Shown here piece after piece: positions 29,201 to 41,119 of a stretch of DNA of 64,000 bases. The stretch covers positions 62,932,001 to 62,996,000 of the forward strand of contig NC_087437.1 in NCBI RefSeq assembly GCF_036321535.1, read 5' to 3'. The notes beneath the pieces are model-generated. The model worked only from the letters and a program-made list of their open reading frames with translations. It was not told the DNA's origin and ran no database searches. How positions within the stretch are numbered: the stretch's first letter is position 1; the number at the start of each line of letters is the position of its first letter. Made by a program: the position numbers and the translations under genes. This stretch comes from Camelus dromedarius. Its lineage: Eukaryota.

Positions 29201-30780
29201 TAGATGAGGCAACCCGGGGCCAGAGACACAAGGATTCGCACAAGCTCCCATGGTTCTCCAGCAGCAGGATCTGAACTGGAATCCCAGCCTCCCAGTTCCA
29301 AGTACAGAAGGGGGGATATGTAGCTAGAGGGGGTTCCTGGAAGCCACAGTCACCCTCTCAGGAGTGGGACTTCCATGGAAACTGACCTCATCCACCCCCT
29401 CCCTTGGCAACTGACACCCCCATAGCCCTCACAAGGAACGTGACTCCTGTTCATTCATGCTCCATTCTCTCACCCACAGGCTCATAATTAAAAGAGAATA
29501 CACATGCCTTTGGTTTCTGAGACCATTATTAAGAATCAGGTAAGCCACAAGCAAGCAGACAACCAGGCAGGAAAACGTGGATTAAAGATAATCCCCTTGC
29601 TTTACAGACACTCATCAGAGAGTGGTTATAGGTCCCACAGAGAGGAGGCAGAGCCAGCTTCACGGGGCTTGCCAGCCCTTCATCTGCCTGGGGAATCTGT
29701 TTAGAAAACATTATCTTTTCATGCTTTTCTCTGATAGGCACTGCAACGATTTGCATTCATTCCCACAAAGTGTCAGAAAAACCTGTGAAGTAGTAACAAC
29801 CAGGCTTCCTAATGCATTTCAAATATCAAAAATCAACTTAATTAAGTAGGGTTAATGTTTCTTCGTGAGCAGCAATCAAACTTTAATTAATACTCCATTA
29901 AAATGAATTCCTGGAGGAACACAAGCATGCACACACCTAATGAGTTCATCTGCCAAGGGTGTTATTACAGAAGATGCTAAACGTGCCTCCTTACTGGCCA
30001 CTTACTCAGTTTCAGAGTGCCCGTGTTAATCAGAAATGAAAAGCAACCCCAGGTTTGCAACCCTCCTCCTCTCTCTGGGCCCTTCTGCCCTGTCAATATT
30101 GTAACGCGATCCATCCTCTGGCTCTGATCTCCACTTTGTGAATGATTCAGGGGCCAGATTTAAGCCCATCTAGCTTCCTCCTGCGTGGAAGACACCCCAG
30201 TCCCCCTTTCTTCACTGGCTGTCACTCCACAGTGAAAAAGGTGAGGACCATCTCATTTCAATATCACCCTGGGGCAGACTGCATTAAGAAGATTTAATCT
30301 TCTTTTAAAAATAAATAAATAAAAATACAGAAAACATTGGGAAACTCTGCATGTTCCCTGCGGGTAGCAAAGATGATCAAAGTTCTGCTGGACTCTGATT
30401 TCTGACAGGAGACAGCAACCAAGAGAAACTGAGTGTGGGGTAGGAAGGGAGTCTCTGATCCTCTATTGATTTCTCTTATGGCAACTATTTCTATACCAAG
30501 GATTCCCAAATTTCTCCAGCTGCAGACTGAATGCCCTAGCAGACTCCCCAAACACCTGCCTCATCAGCCCTCTCCTCACTAGAGATGAGGAGGGAGTTTT
30601 GCCTCACATTGGTCGAGACCTAAATACAGGAACAAGCTGTTAATATCATCAACCTTAGGAGGCTGGTAACCCCCAGACCATCCAGGACCCCGGGCATACC
30701 TTGGGGGCTAGAAAACTGACCTGACCCTTGCAAGAAGGAAGCAGCCCAGCCAATGCCCCTCCTCCACCACATGCCCTTAC

Positions 30781-30972
30781 CTCTTTGGTGTGTGTGTGGA
30801 AGGAGACAGACATGTCCAGGAGAAGCTTCCGCTGCTCCACCCTGCGCACGAAGTCTTGGATGCGCACCTCCAGGTGTCGAGCTGCCTTGTAGATCTCCTC
30901 CGGGTCACATTCCCCCGTCTGAGCCAGCTGCTCTGCTGCTTCTAGGAGCTTGTCTGCATTGGTGTATGTATT
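30781..30972 (-). CDS. KALRN: Kalirin coding exon (probably exon 11), 192 nt, phase 0-0: NTYTNADKLLEAAEQ...LLDMSVSFHTHTKE
   Basis: Kalirin peptide continuing in frame from the previous exon. Acceptor ...gttgctggcag|AAT, donor GAG|gtaagg. 64 codons. Confidence 0.97.
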
Positions 30973-31790
30973 CTGCCAGCAACAACAGTGAGGGAGAGTC
31001 AACTTGCAGTCACGAACCGAGCTTCACGCCTTCCCCCAGCCCACCAGGGCTGTCCAGAGCTGGAGCGCAGGGTGTGGGCGCTGAGCCGAGAGCTCCCTGA
31101 GCTGGCACAGAGGAGCTGAGCACCCGGCTCACCCGCCACCTCTCAGCAAGCCAGCAGCCTGCCTGGCAGCTCAGCACAAGTGGGCACTAGCTAGGTGCCT
31201 CCTCCATCCCTGGGATTTCTCTGAGGTGGGGCATCCCTGGAAAGAAGGGAGGAGACACACGAGAATCCCCACTCCCCAGCTGCCCCGGCCCCACACCCTT
31301 AGGAAAATCCATCATTGCCCTCACATCTCAGGCTGTATCTGCCAGAGCTAGAAATACCTCATCCACAGGGATGGGCTGGGTTTCTATGTGAGAACACCCG
31401 GGAAATGCTAACTGGGAGATTGCTCGACTTTCCCCTCCAGTCCCTTGTAACTACTGGTGTTTATCTTTTGGAACAAAGCTATCTCTTTGGAGGGGAAGGG
31501 GGTCAGCAACTCAGGGAGCTGACAGAAGGAAGCAGGCACAGCCAGGGTGAGGAGATGCAGGCTATTCTCTGGGTGCCAAGCAAAGGCTTAAAGCTTGCAG
31601 GAAGGTTGGGGAGGAGTCTGGTGATTTTGTTTATCTTAAGCTACTGCACGCATGCACATTCACACATGCACACACTCACTCTCACACACACTCTCTTCCT
31701 GTCCCTGTCTGTATTCTCCAGAGCATTTTAAAAGGCAATCAACTCATAATTATTGCTGATCAGGACAGTCACTGCCTTTATAATACAAAT
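30973..31790 (-). promoter_or_regulatory. Candidate internal (delta-kalirin-type) promoter / alternative 5' region upstream of exon 11
   Basis: Locally CpG-retaining, GC-rich and apparently repeat-free. TATAAAG at 31782-31776. Splice-site pair at 31236/31133. In-frame ATG at 30813-30811 (MSVSFHTHTKE). Function is inferred. Confidence 0.5.
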
Positions 31791-32121
31791 ATGCCAGTTA
31801 TTACATACATGCCATGCATACGTCTTTTCCTACGCAGGTTTCCCTTTAAAAAGATCTCCTGATAGACCTTGAGTTAGAATTGGTGACTCAGGTGTACATT
31901 ATATTTCTTAATATCCCTACAGTGGCCCAATGTCCTATAGAATGGTGAGCAGGTGGTTACTGGTGAAGATGTGAATCTGGCAGCAGGAGCAGTCAAGAAC
32001 AAAAGCACAGTGAGGGGAAATGGAATGGAATTGTGGAGCAATGACTGTATGGTGCTTTACTTGGCCTATGTCTAAAGTGTCCTCCAGTCTGCATGGAGTT
32101 CTTCAGACCTGAAGACCTGGG

Positions 32122-32582
32122 TGTTAAAGGTTGAATTGTGTCCCCCACTAAATTCACATGCTGAAGCCCTAACCCCCAGTACCTTACAATGGGACCCTTA
32201 TTTGCAAACAGTTATTGCAGATATAATTAGTTAAGATCAAGTCATAGTGAAGTAGGGTGGGCCCATAATTCAGTATGACTGCTGTCCTGACAAAAAGAAC
32301 ACCACGTGAAGAGACAGACACACTCAGCGAGAATGTCATGTGACACCGAAGGTGGTGATGAGGGATGAATCTGCAAGCCAAGGAATGCCAAAGATTGCCA
32401 GCAAACTACTGGAAGTTAGGAGTGTGGCATGGAATAGATTCTCCCTCATATCCCTCAGAAAAAAACCAACCCTGCTGACACGATGATCTTGGACTTTCAG
32501 CCTCCAGAGCTGTGAGATAAGACATTTCTGCTGCTTAAGTCACCCAGCGTGTGGTATTTGTTACCCCTCAAACACTAACACA
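32122..32582 (+). mobile_element. MaLR solo LTR (MLT1B/C-like)
   Basis: TG...CA termini; ttgaattgtgtcccc, caagccaaggaatgccaaagattgccagca, ggactttcagcctccagagctgtgaga. TSD ctggg/ttggg. Confidence 0.9.
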
Positions 32583-32797
32583 TTGGGGTGGAACACCTAA
32601 GAGGCTGTTGAGCCCACCTTGGGTTTGATGCCTTATTGACATTTCCTAATTGATGTAACCCAAAACGGGTTATGAGCGCTGGGACATCAAGCCCTTGGCC
32701 CCTGGGGCTTTTGAGCAGGGCTGGTGGTAGCCAGAGCCCTGAGCCAGAGATGCGTCAACCAGGTAAAATGCCCTGGTTAATTCAGCCTTTATGTCAA

Positions 32798-33276
32798 CAA
32801 GCATAAAATCTCGTCTTCACTTTACTGCTCTCTGCAGATATTGTGTTCGTTACAAATTGAAGGTTTGTGGCAACCCTGCTTTGAGCAAGTCTATTGATAC
32901 TGTTTTTCCAACAGCGTTTGCTCATTTCAAGTGTCTCTGTGTCAAATTTTGGTAATTCTTGCAATATTTTAAATTCTTTCATTATTATTATCTTTGTTAT
33001 GGTGATCTGTGGTCAGTGATCTTTGATGCTACTACTATGACTTGCTGAAGGCTCAGATGATTGTTTGCATATTTTAGCAATAAAGTGTTTTAAATTAAGG
33101 TTTGTACATTGCTTTTCTAGGCATAATACTATGGCACACTCAACAGACTACAGTATAGTATAAACATAACTTATATGCACTGGGAAATAAAAAATTCATG
33201 TGACTTGCTTTCTTGCAATATTTACTTTATTACAGTGGTCTGGAACCAAATCCACAATATCTCTGAGGTCTCCCTG
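32798..33276 (+). mobile_element. Tigger1 internal-deletion derivative (Tigger1a_Art-like)
   Basis: acaaattgaaggtttgtggcaaccctg, gctgaaggctcagatga and the terminus tggaaccaaatccacaatatctctgaggtctccctg match Tigger1 ends. Confidence 0.85.
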
Positions 33277-33740
33277 GATACCTCCCACTCTCCTGGCTGC
33301 AGCCTTGGCCCATTATCTTTCTGCCTTCTCTTCAGGGAAGAAACAGAGCACTCTAGGGCAACTTGTCCCATAACACTGGCATCTCAGCAATACAGCTATG
33401 GTTTCAGTCTGAAGCAGAGGGACAGGAGGCAGGCTTTTTAAAGGCAAAGTGTGGAAGAGACAGTGAATAAAAACACTTCTGGTGTCAAGAGTTTACTTCC
33501 TTGGCAACATGAAGTTAGCACCCTTGGCACTACGCTCTGGGGATGAGGAAGGATGAGGTCAAAAGTCACTTTTATAATTCAAAAGAGGCACTTTGGACGG
33601 GAGAACATGACTACCAGAGGACCAGTACAGAACTCGCCTCCTGATGATTATTTTTCCAGGATGTCATGGTTGGAACCAATAAGCAGTGAGAGGAAAGCAG
33701 CAAAAGGACAGAAGCATTAAGGAGGGAGAGGGAGGGGGGG

Positions 33741-33742
<2 letters not shown>

Positions 33743-33794
<52 letters not shown>
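33743..33794. repeat. (GA)n microsatellite preceded by a G run
   Basis: Directly visible polypurine tract. Confidence 0.97.
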
Positions 33795-33797
<3 letters not shown>

Positions 33798-34637
33798 AGA
33801 AGCATAGGCATTAGGGAGGCACAAACTGATCTCTGGATCTTGACATTAGTGAATGGCAGGCAAATCAAGGTCCTGCCATTTGAAAAGTACTTTACAGTTG
33901 ACAAATAAATCTCTCTCATCTTCCTTTCTTACCCAATCTGGGGCAGAACTTCAAAGGATCCATCTGTGTTTGAGGAAAACTACCCAAGACTGGGAAAAGA
34001 AACTCTTGAAAGTATTAGATGTAACAGCATGCAGTACTCACACAGAGCAAGGAACAATGCCTTTTTCTACCAGTCAGACTGGAAAACCTCATGATTCACA
34101 GGATATTGGGTAGAATACTCAATTGAGTCTTGCCTCAACAGAGGTAATTAGCCCTAGACTGGGCACTTCTCTGGTCTCACCTAACAAATCTTAAAAGACC
34201 TGAAAGAACCAAACTTTTCAAGTAACAGTGACCCAGAACAGAGCTTAAAGATATTTGTAGGAATACAAAATATTTGTAGGAATACAGAAATATCCAGCAA
34301 CTGACAAGGTAAAATTCAGAATGTCTTGTGTCTAAGTGAAAAATTATCAGGCATACAAAGAAGCAAAAAAGTATAACCTACAATCTGAACAAAAATCAAT
34401 CATAACTGACCCATGACTGATACAGTGTTAAAATTAACAGACAAGGAATTAAAAAGTTATTCTAACTATTTAATATATTCAAAGAGTTAAGTAGAGAAAT
34501 AGAAGACATTAAAAAAAAGACCTTGCACTTCTAGAGATGAAAAATATGCTAGATGGTAAATAGCAGGTTAGATATTGCAGAAGATTACTGAACTTGAGAA
34601 CACAGCAATAGAAACTACTAAAAAAAAAATGCTGAGA

Positions 34638-34709
34638 ACTGAATCACTATGCTATATACCTGAAATTAATACAATATTGTAAATCAACTATAATTTAAGT
34701 TAATTAATT
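34638..34709 (+). mobile_element. ~72-bp L1 3' terminus nested in the older L1
   Basis: actgaatcactatgctatatacctgaaattaatacaatattgtaaatcaacta, flanked by TSD aaatgctgaga (34627-34637) / aaatgctcaga (34710-34720). Confidence 0.8.
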
Positions 34710-35517
34710 AAATGCTCAGAAAAAAAGGAATTAAAAAAAGATCAGTGAACTGTGGGACAACTTTAAAAAGCCTAATATACATGTAATTGAAATCTCCAAG
34801 AGAGGGAGGGAGGTGGAAAAACATTTGAAGAAATAATGACCAAACAGTTCCAAACTAAGTGAAAACTATAAAGCCACAGATCCAAGAAACTCAACAAGTC
34901 CTCAACACAAGAAACATGAGGAAAACTACATCAAGGCACATAAAAATCAAATTCAGTGGAAAAAAAGAAAAGGAATTCTTAAAAGTGACCAAGGGAAAAA
35001 GATACATTATACACAAAGGAATAAGGTAAGGATCACAGCAGACTTTTCATCAGAAATAAGGCTACTGAGAAAACAGTGTAGCAACATCTTTCAAGTAAAA
35101 AACAAACAAAAACCTCAGCCAAAACAAACAAACAAACCTGTCAACCCAGAATTCTACGCCCAGCACAAATATTTTTCAAAAACAAAGGTGAAATAAAGAC
35201 ACTTTAAGGTGTACAAAAGCTGAAAGAATTCTTCACCAGTAGATTTGCATGACAAGAAATGTTCAAAGAAGTCCTTCAGGAAGCAGAAAAATGGTAACAG
35301 ATGGAAATATAGATCCATACACAGGAATAAAGAACACTGAAGTGCTCTTATATGGTTAAATATATAATATTTCTTTTCTTATTATTTGAATCTCTTTAAA
35401 AGATGATTGAATGGTTAAACAAAAATGGTAACAATGTAGTGTAGGGTTTATAGCAGATACATAAATAAAACATTTGACAACAACAGCACAAAGGCCAGGA
35501 AGGAAAAAACAGAAATA

Positions 35518-35690
35518 CAGTTGACCTTTGAACAACATGATAGTTAATTTGCATATAACTTATATTCAGCCCTCCATACCTAAGGTTCCTCTGCATCTAC
35601 AGATTCAACCAACCATAGACCATGTAGTACTGTGGTATTTACTGTTGAAAAATATCTGTGTATAAGAGGACTCAAGAAGTTCAAATCTGA
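35518..35690. mobile_element. TcMar-Tigger MITE (MER2/MER8-like) nested in the old L1
   Basis: Starts ta|cagttgacctttgaacaac; contains gattcaaccaacc and aaaatatctgtgtataag. Subfamily uncertain. Confidence 0.7.
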
Positions 35691-36679
35691 AGTGAGACAA
35701 TTATATACAATTGTAAAGTTCTTGTACTGTATGTAAAGTGGATAATATCACTTGAATTAAACTGATAAATTAAAGACAAATACTATAAACCCTGAAGAAA
35801 CCATTAAAGTAACTAAATAGTTATAACTAATAACTCAACAAAGGAGATAAAACAGAATCATAAAAAATGATCAATCCAAAAAAGGAAAAAGTAATTAAGA
35901 ATAGGTGAAACCATCAGAAAAAAAAAAAGGAAGATGATAGACTTAAACCTAAATACATCAATAATCACATTAAATGTAAATTGTCTAAATACCACAATCA
36001 AAAGGCAGAGACTGTCAGATTGGTTAAAAAGGCAGGTCCCAAATATATGCTGTCTATAAAGAATGCACTGCAAATGTAAAGACACAAATAGGTTAAAAGT
36101 AAAAGAATAGAAAAAACATAGTATGATAACGCTAATCAACAGTAGCTGAAGTAGCTATATTAATATCAGACATAGGAGATTTTAGAGCAAATAGTATTAC
36201 CAGGGAAAAATAAGGTGATTTCATAATGATAAAGGGGTCAATTCATCAAGAGGTTATGATAATCCTAAACATTTATGTACCTAATAACAAAACTTCAAAA
36301 TATGTGAAGCAAAAACTGATAAACCTGCAAGGAAAAATAGACAAATCCACAATTAGAGTCAGAGCTATAATGCCTCCTCTCAAAAATTAATAGAAAAGTA
36401 GGCAAGAAATTACTAAGGATATAGGAGATTTGAACACTCTCAACTGCCTTAATCCAATTGACATTTATAGAACACTCCACCCAACAACAGCAGAAGGCAC
36501 ATTCTTTTCAAGTGCTCACAGAACATTTTTCAAGATAAAAATATTTTGGAACATAAATATTTTCTCTGATCATAATGCAATTAAATTACAAATCAATAAC
36601 AAAAATACTTCTGAAAAATCCTCAATGAGTTAGAAATTAAATAACACACTTCTAAATAATCCAAGGGTCAAAGAAGGCA

Positions 36680-36910
36680 GTATCGGTTTACCAAGTATGT
36701 ACAGTATGCTAGGCACTGTGTTAGGCTCTTTATATATATTACCTCTAAGCTTTGGGATCAGTCATAAGATAGACATTATTAATTTCATTTTACAAAAGAG
36801 AAAACAGTTTAGGAGCGGTTAAGTAACTTGTTTGAGGAATGTTACAGAGCTAGAAAATGGAAAGCTCTATTTCTAACTGTAATCTCAAGGCTCTTTTCAT
36901 TGAACCATTT
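36680..36910 (-). mobile_element. MIR
   Basis: tgctaggcactgtgttaggctcttta...cattttacaaaagagaaaacag...ggttaagtaacttg. Confidence 0.7.
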
Positions 36911-39667
36911 ACCTCTCTAAGACTCAGTGTAAAATCTCCATCTCCTCTTCTTCTCTGTTACTTTACTCACTCTTACGCCTCTGATTTTCAATACGACATT
37001 GTAATTGTTCACTTGCAACTGCTATCCTTTTGCTTGCAACACACTTCCAATGTGTACATATTGACTTCCAGAGAGAACTGAATTCTCCCAGAAGGAAGAA
37101 GTCCTATCTTTACTTATCTTTTTTATATCTACTTTTTACCAATGTACCTAGCCAGTACAGTGCTCTGCTCTCAGTAGGTACTCAACCCAAAAACTCTGCA
37201 GCCCAGCATCTTGTCAGCAGTAAGGCTTGGAAATAGATGTTTACCTTATCTCCTAGTGTTTTCCATGTAAATGGGAGTTAGAGTCCCATGACAAAATAAA
37301 GAAATTTACTTTGAGCACAGAGCATGTTTAAATACAGTACTGATCTAGCATGTCATGTACAATCAACCAAAATTTTTAACTCGGGTGATACAAGAAAATG
37401 CTTTTTCAGTTTTCACCCTGCAGAATCAAGCACACATTCCCCCACCGTCTGCTGGCTCTTGCAGGGAAGGAAGTGCTGGACTCTGACAATGGCAAAGTGG
37501 TCTTTGTGGGAAGCAGTAGGATGGAAAGGAAGAAACTCGTTGGTATCAGTGACATGTTAACCCACCACATTACATCTGCTGGAAGGATATATCTTCCTAG
37601 GTGTCCTGAGCAAGGGAACAAACAATAATAGTTGCCTCTAATAGGGCAAGTTGTATGTACAAACAAGGAGTAACTAATGACTAGTTCTAATCAGATACTC
37701 GTTAAATCAGAGATTGTACCAATCTGCCAGGAGTCCACTAATTGGGACTGATACAAAAAATAACTGTAGCAGATGCTGATAGCCCCCCAATACAAACAGT
37801 CTGGGTGCTGAGCTGATCTCTGGGAACCTAAACACTGGCTTTATCACATTTACATATACAATCATCACCCCATCCCATTCTCATACACATCATTACTTGC
37901 TGGAAAGTATTTTCCTCTCTGTATCTAAAATGCTTCAACACCTTTTCCTATTAATGATAAATGGTGCAATTTCAGAACTCCACACTTTTTAAGTAAAGTT
38001 CTGTTTCCTACAGTCTAACTTTTATGTGTTTAAGAATGTACCTAAGTGAAGAGTTCTGAGAGAAGAAAAGCAGGTGTCCTTTGCTGGGGTGTTCTCCTTT
38101 ACTGACTCCTTTTCTTCCCTTCTAATCTTCACTAACCCTCTTCATTTCCATGTTATGCTCAAAGGAACTTTGATGTATTTCCCCTCAGCTGCAAGCTGGA
38201 AGCCGAATATCTAGGCACTCTCAGGCAAGATAGCAAAAGACATAATGAGAATTAACTATTGGCATATTATCTACTTAATATAATGATAAAATGCAACACC
38301 TTCTTTTGGACAAAAGTGTACTGTCAATCCTAGAGGTTGCCAATACCGATGACAAAATATGATTTGACAGAAAATACCAGGTCCAGCTTGTAAGAAAGGA
38401 CCAGCCAGGCTCCAGAAAATGTGGCCACCCCTAAGGGACTGAGACACAAAGCAAAGAAGAACTTTCTCCTTGACCCTCCCCGTTGATGCTTCCAGGGCAT
38501 GGAGAGCAGTTGAAGGCAGAGACTGGGCTGTGTGTAAGCCAGGCCTAATGCTTAAACTGGACAAAAAGAAGACAGTGTAGATAGGAAGAGGCCTAGAAGC
38601 CAGAGGTTGGCCCAGACCTACAAGCTGGGGCTGAGAGGAGGATCCTAGGGAGCTGAGCAATTAGGAGATCAAAACCAGGAGACTGCCATGCAAACACAAA
38701 GCTCTGAAGACTGCAGAGGGAAGCATTTAATCCTCTTCCCACTGAGCAAGTCCCAGATGCAGCCAGCTGGCGTCCACATCGCTGCTGGGAAGCAACCCGC
38801 CACGCTCAGAACTTGATAACACGGTCTCTACCCTGCCACCCTTCCCCCTTCCTCCATCTCCTCACTCAGCCCACACTGGAAAAATAATGATGGGGAACAT
38901 GTAACCACGACAGAAGAATGCGGACAAAAGTATTTTAGGAGTGAAGAAGGCAGACCTAAGCCTTCAGATGTGGATATGTGGATTTGCCCAGTCGCCTGGC
39001 CCTGTAGAAGTTCATTCTCACGTGGAATTCTAAAAGCCAAAGAAACAGCAGTTGGTGAGACAGCGTCTCCTGGAACAAAGGCGATTAGGGCCACCTGCTG
39101 CAGGGATGGCAATTCAAGAGCCGTTGTGGGGTGGGGGGAATATACCCAAAGTGATGTCCTCTCAAAAGAGTAACTGCAATGTTGCTCCTTTTCCTGTTTT
39201 CCATATTCTATGTTTGGCTGTCAGTGGGAGGCAGTGGGTGTGAGAGGGAAAAGACAGGACTTTAGAGAGACAAGACAGTTGGCTTGAAAACACTGTTGAA
39301 AATATTGAGGCTTGTGGATTTAATTTTCTTTTCTGTTCCATCCAGAAAAGGACAGATCAAGAAAGGTGCGCCTGATCCAGGGAAGTGGGGCTGGGTGATG
39401 GGGTGAATGAGCAGAGGGGCTGGTCCACACTTCTGCCTCCACCCCAGTTAGCACAGTGCTCCTGAGTCCTTTCCCCTCTTGTGGTCACATACAGCCCTGA
39501 GTGTCCAGGGCTGCCTGTCCACATCGACATGGATCTGCAGGAGCTCACAGCCTTGGAGCCTCTTTACAGATGTTGTTCCTGCTCACTTTCCACCTTCGCA
39601 GACCCTGGACCCCTCCTACTGGCCCCATTCTTACCTTAGCTAACCTCGCTGGGATCCTATGGAAAAG

Positions 39668-39726
39668 GGCTTCTTAACAGAAGCACTATTACCATTCTGG
39701 GCTGGACAATTCTATACGTGGGGGGC
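39668..39726. mobile_element. MER20/MER3-type hAT fragment split by the MLT1 LTR (continues ~40176-40190)
   Basis: gcactattaccattctgggctggacaattct...gtggggggc, resuming as ggttctgtgtactg after the LTR. Confidence 0.6.
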
Positions 39727-40170
39727 TGTTATGGGTTGAGTTCTGTCCCTCCAAAAAGATATGCTGAAGTCTTAGCCCCCAGAACCTGAGAATGTGATGT
39801 TTTATGGAAATAGTGTCAATGTAGGTGTACTTAATTAAGATCAGGTCATACTGGAATTGGGTGGTCTATAATTCAGCATGACTTGTGGCCATATAAAAAG
39901 ATGCCACATGAAGATACAGACACACAGAGAGTGCCATGTGACGTGAAGGTCAAGATTGGAGTGAGACAAAAGAGCACCAAAGACTGCCAGCAAACCCCAG
40001 AAGCCCAGAGAGAGAGGCTGCAAACAGATTCTCTCTCACAGGAGGAACTAACCCTACCAATACTGGATCTCAGACGTCTAGTCTCCAGAAATGTAAGACA
40101 ACACACTTCTGTTGTTTTAAGCCACTCAGCTTGTGGCACTTTGCTACTGCAGCCCCAGGAAACCAATACA
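39727..40170 (+). mobile_element. MaLR solo LTR (MLT1B/C-like) with perfect 5-bp TSD
   Basis: tgttatgggttgag...aaccaataca. TSD ggggc at 39722-39726 and 40171-40175. Confidence 0.9.
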
Positions 40171-40316
40171 GGGGCGGTTCTGTGTACTGGCTTCCAGTTG
40201 ACAAACACTATTTGAGACCATAAGCCCCAGTGAAGGAGACCATGCAACTCTCTCAGCTTACAGTGCTTTCCTGATAATCCTTCAAATGGAGTAAGCCTTA
40301 AGAAATCACTAATCAT

Positions 40317-40655
40317 ATGGTTCTCATAGTACAGGATTGAGGGGCAGATAAAGGAGCTTAGGGGAGAAAAGCAGTGCTCAGGCCCTACCCAAGATTACTA
40401 AAATCAGAATGGGCCAAGGGCGGGAAAGGGGAGTATCTGGAAGCATGTTTTTTGTTTTTGCAGGGCAGTGGAAAGGGGTAATTAGGTTTACTCATTTATT
40501 TTTTAAATGAAGATACTGGGGATTGAACCTAGGACCTCGTCCATGCTAAGCACGTGCTTTACCACTGAGCTATACCCTCTCCCCTGGCAGCATACTTTTT
40601 TTAAAAGCTCCCCAGGGAACTATAACTGCAGCCACTATCTAAGGTTGAAACCACT
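40317..40655. mobile_element. MER5-type hAT-Charlie MITE interrupted by the SINE
   Basis: tggttctca...ggccctaccc...aatcagaat on the left; aaaagctccccagg...ttgaaaccact on the right. Confidence 0.6.
40453..40583 (-). mobile_element. tRNA-derived SINE of the camelid Vic-1 type
   Basis: Minus strand reads GGGAGAGGGTATAGCTCAGTGGTAAAGCACGTGCTTAGCATGGACGAGGTCCTAGGTTCAATCCCCAG (Pol III A/B boxes), then ...AAACCTAATTACCCC and an A-rich tail. Imperfect TSD ctggaagcatgttttt (40437-40452) / ctggcagcatactttt (40584-40599). Confidence 0.85.
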
Positions 40656-41019
40656 CATCTAAGGGCAGGGCTCACAGCCTGGGCTGAAATCCTAAGGTGA
40701 GAGAAGTCTAGTTTTTTGCCCTAAATTACCTACAGGCTTTGAATGAATAATAATGCTCCTGAAGAACAGAAAAATTTGGAGAATTAAGGACTGTAATGCA
40801 CTTAACACTTCACTTAGTAATAAAAATACAGGAACTGTGGTTTATGAAAGTGAAAACTAGACATACCCAAGTTGTTCAATAATAGGGGAACGGTTCATAC
40901 ACTGTGGTCCAACCACATGACGCGGTCATTACAGTGTGTCCTGAAGACTGTGCAGGGATCTGAGGGAGTGTTCCCGATGCAAGAATTAAATGAGGAAGTC
41001 AGGATAAATCGAAGTATGG

Positions 41020-41119
41020 TTTTCTTTCTTTCTTTCCTTCCTTCCTTCCTTCCTTCCTTTCTTCCTTCCTTCTTTCTTTCTCTCTTTCTTTCTCTTTCTT
41101 TCTTTCCTTCCTTCCTTCC
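41020..41119. repeat. Compound (TTTC)n/(TTCC)n tetranucleotide repeat
   Basis: Directly visible ~100-bp polypyrimidine tract. Confidence 0.95.

Larger units (their letters stand above)
34020..36680 (+). mobile_element. Old L1 (L1M-type) fragment: decayed ORF1, inter-ORF region and ORF2 endonuclease start
   Basis: Very A-rich. Endonuclease-like motifs: aataatcacattaaatgtaaat (ITLNVN), ataatgataaaggggtcaattcatcaagag, gacatttatagaacactccacccaaca (DIYRTLHP), tctgatcataatgcaat (SDHNA). Many stops and frameshifts. Confidence 0.88.

Noticed and set aside
33611..33919. ORF with SLSLSL repeats (likewise FLPS repeats at 40872-41231)
   Set aside because: Translations of microsatellites.
34251..34292. 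Short tandem duplication atatttgtaggaatacaaa x2 (also a 16-bp unit at ~6931-6970)
   Set aside because: Ordinary slippage duplications with no spacers; not CRISPR-like.
39873..40316. 147-aa and 110-aa overlapping ORFs
   Set aside because: They lie largely within an MLT1 LTR, which is non-coding.
40510..40583. tRNA-like sequence with A/B boxes
   Set aside because: It is the head of a SINE with tail and TSD, not a tRNA gene.
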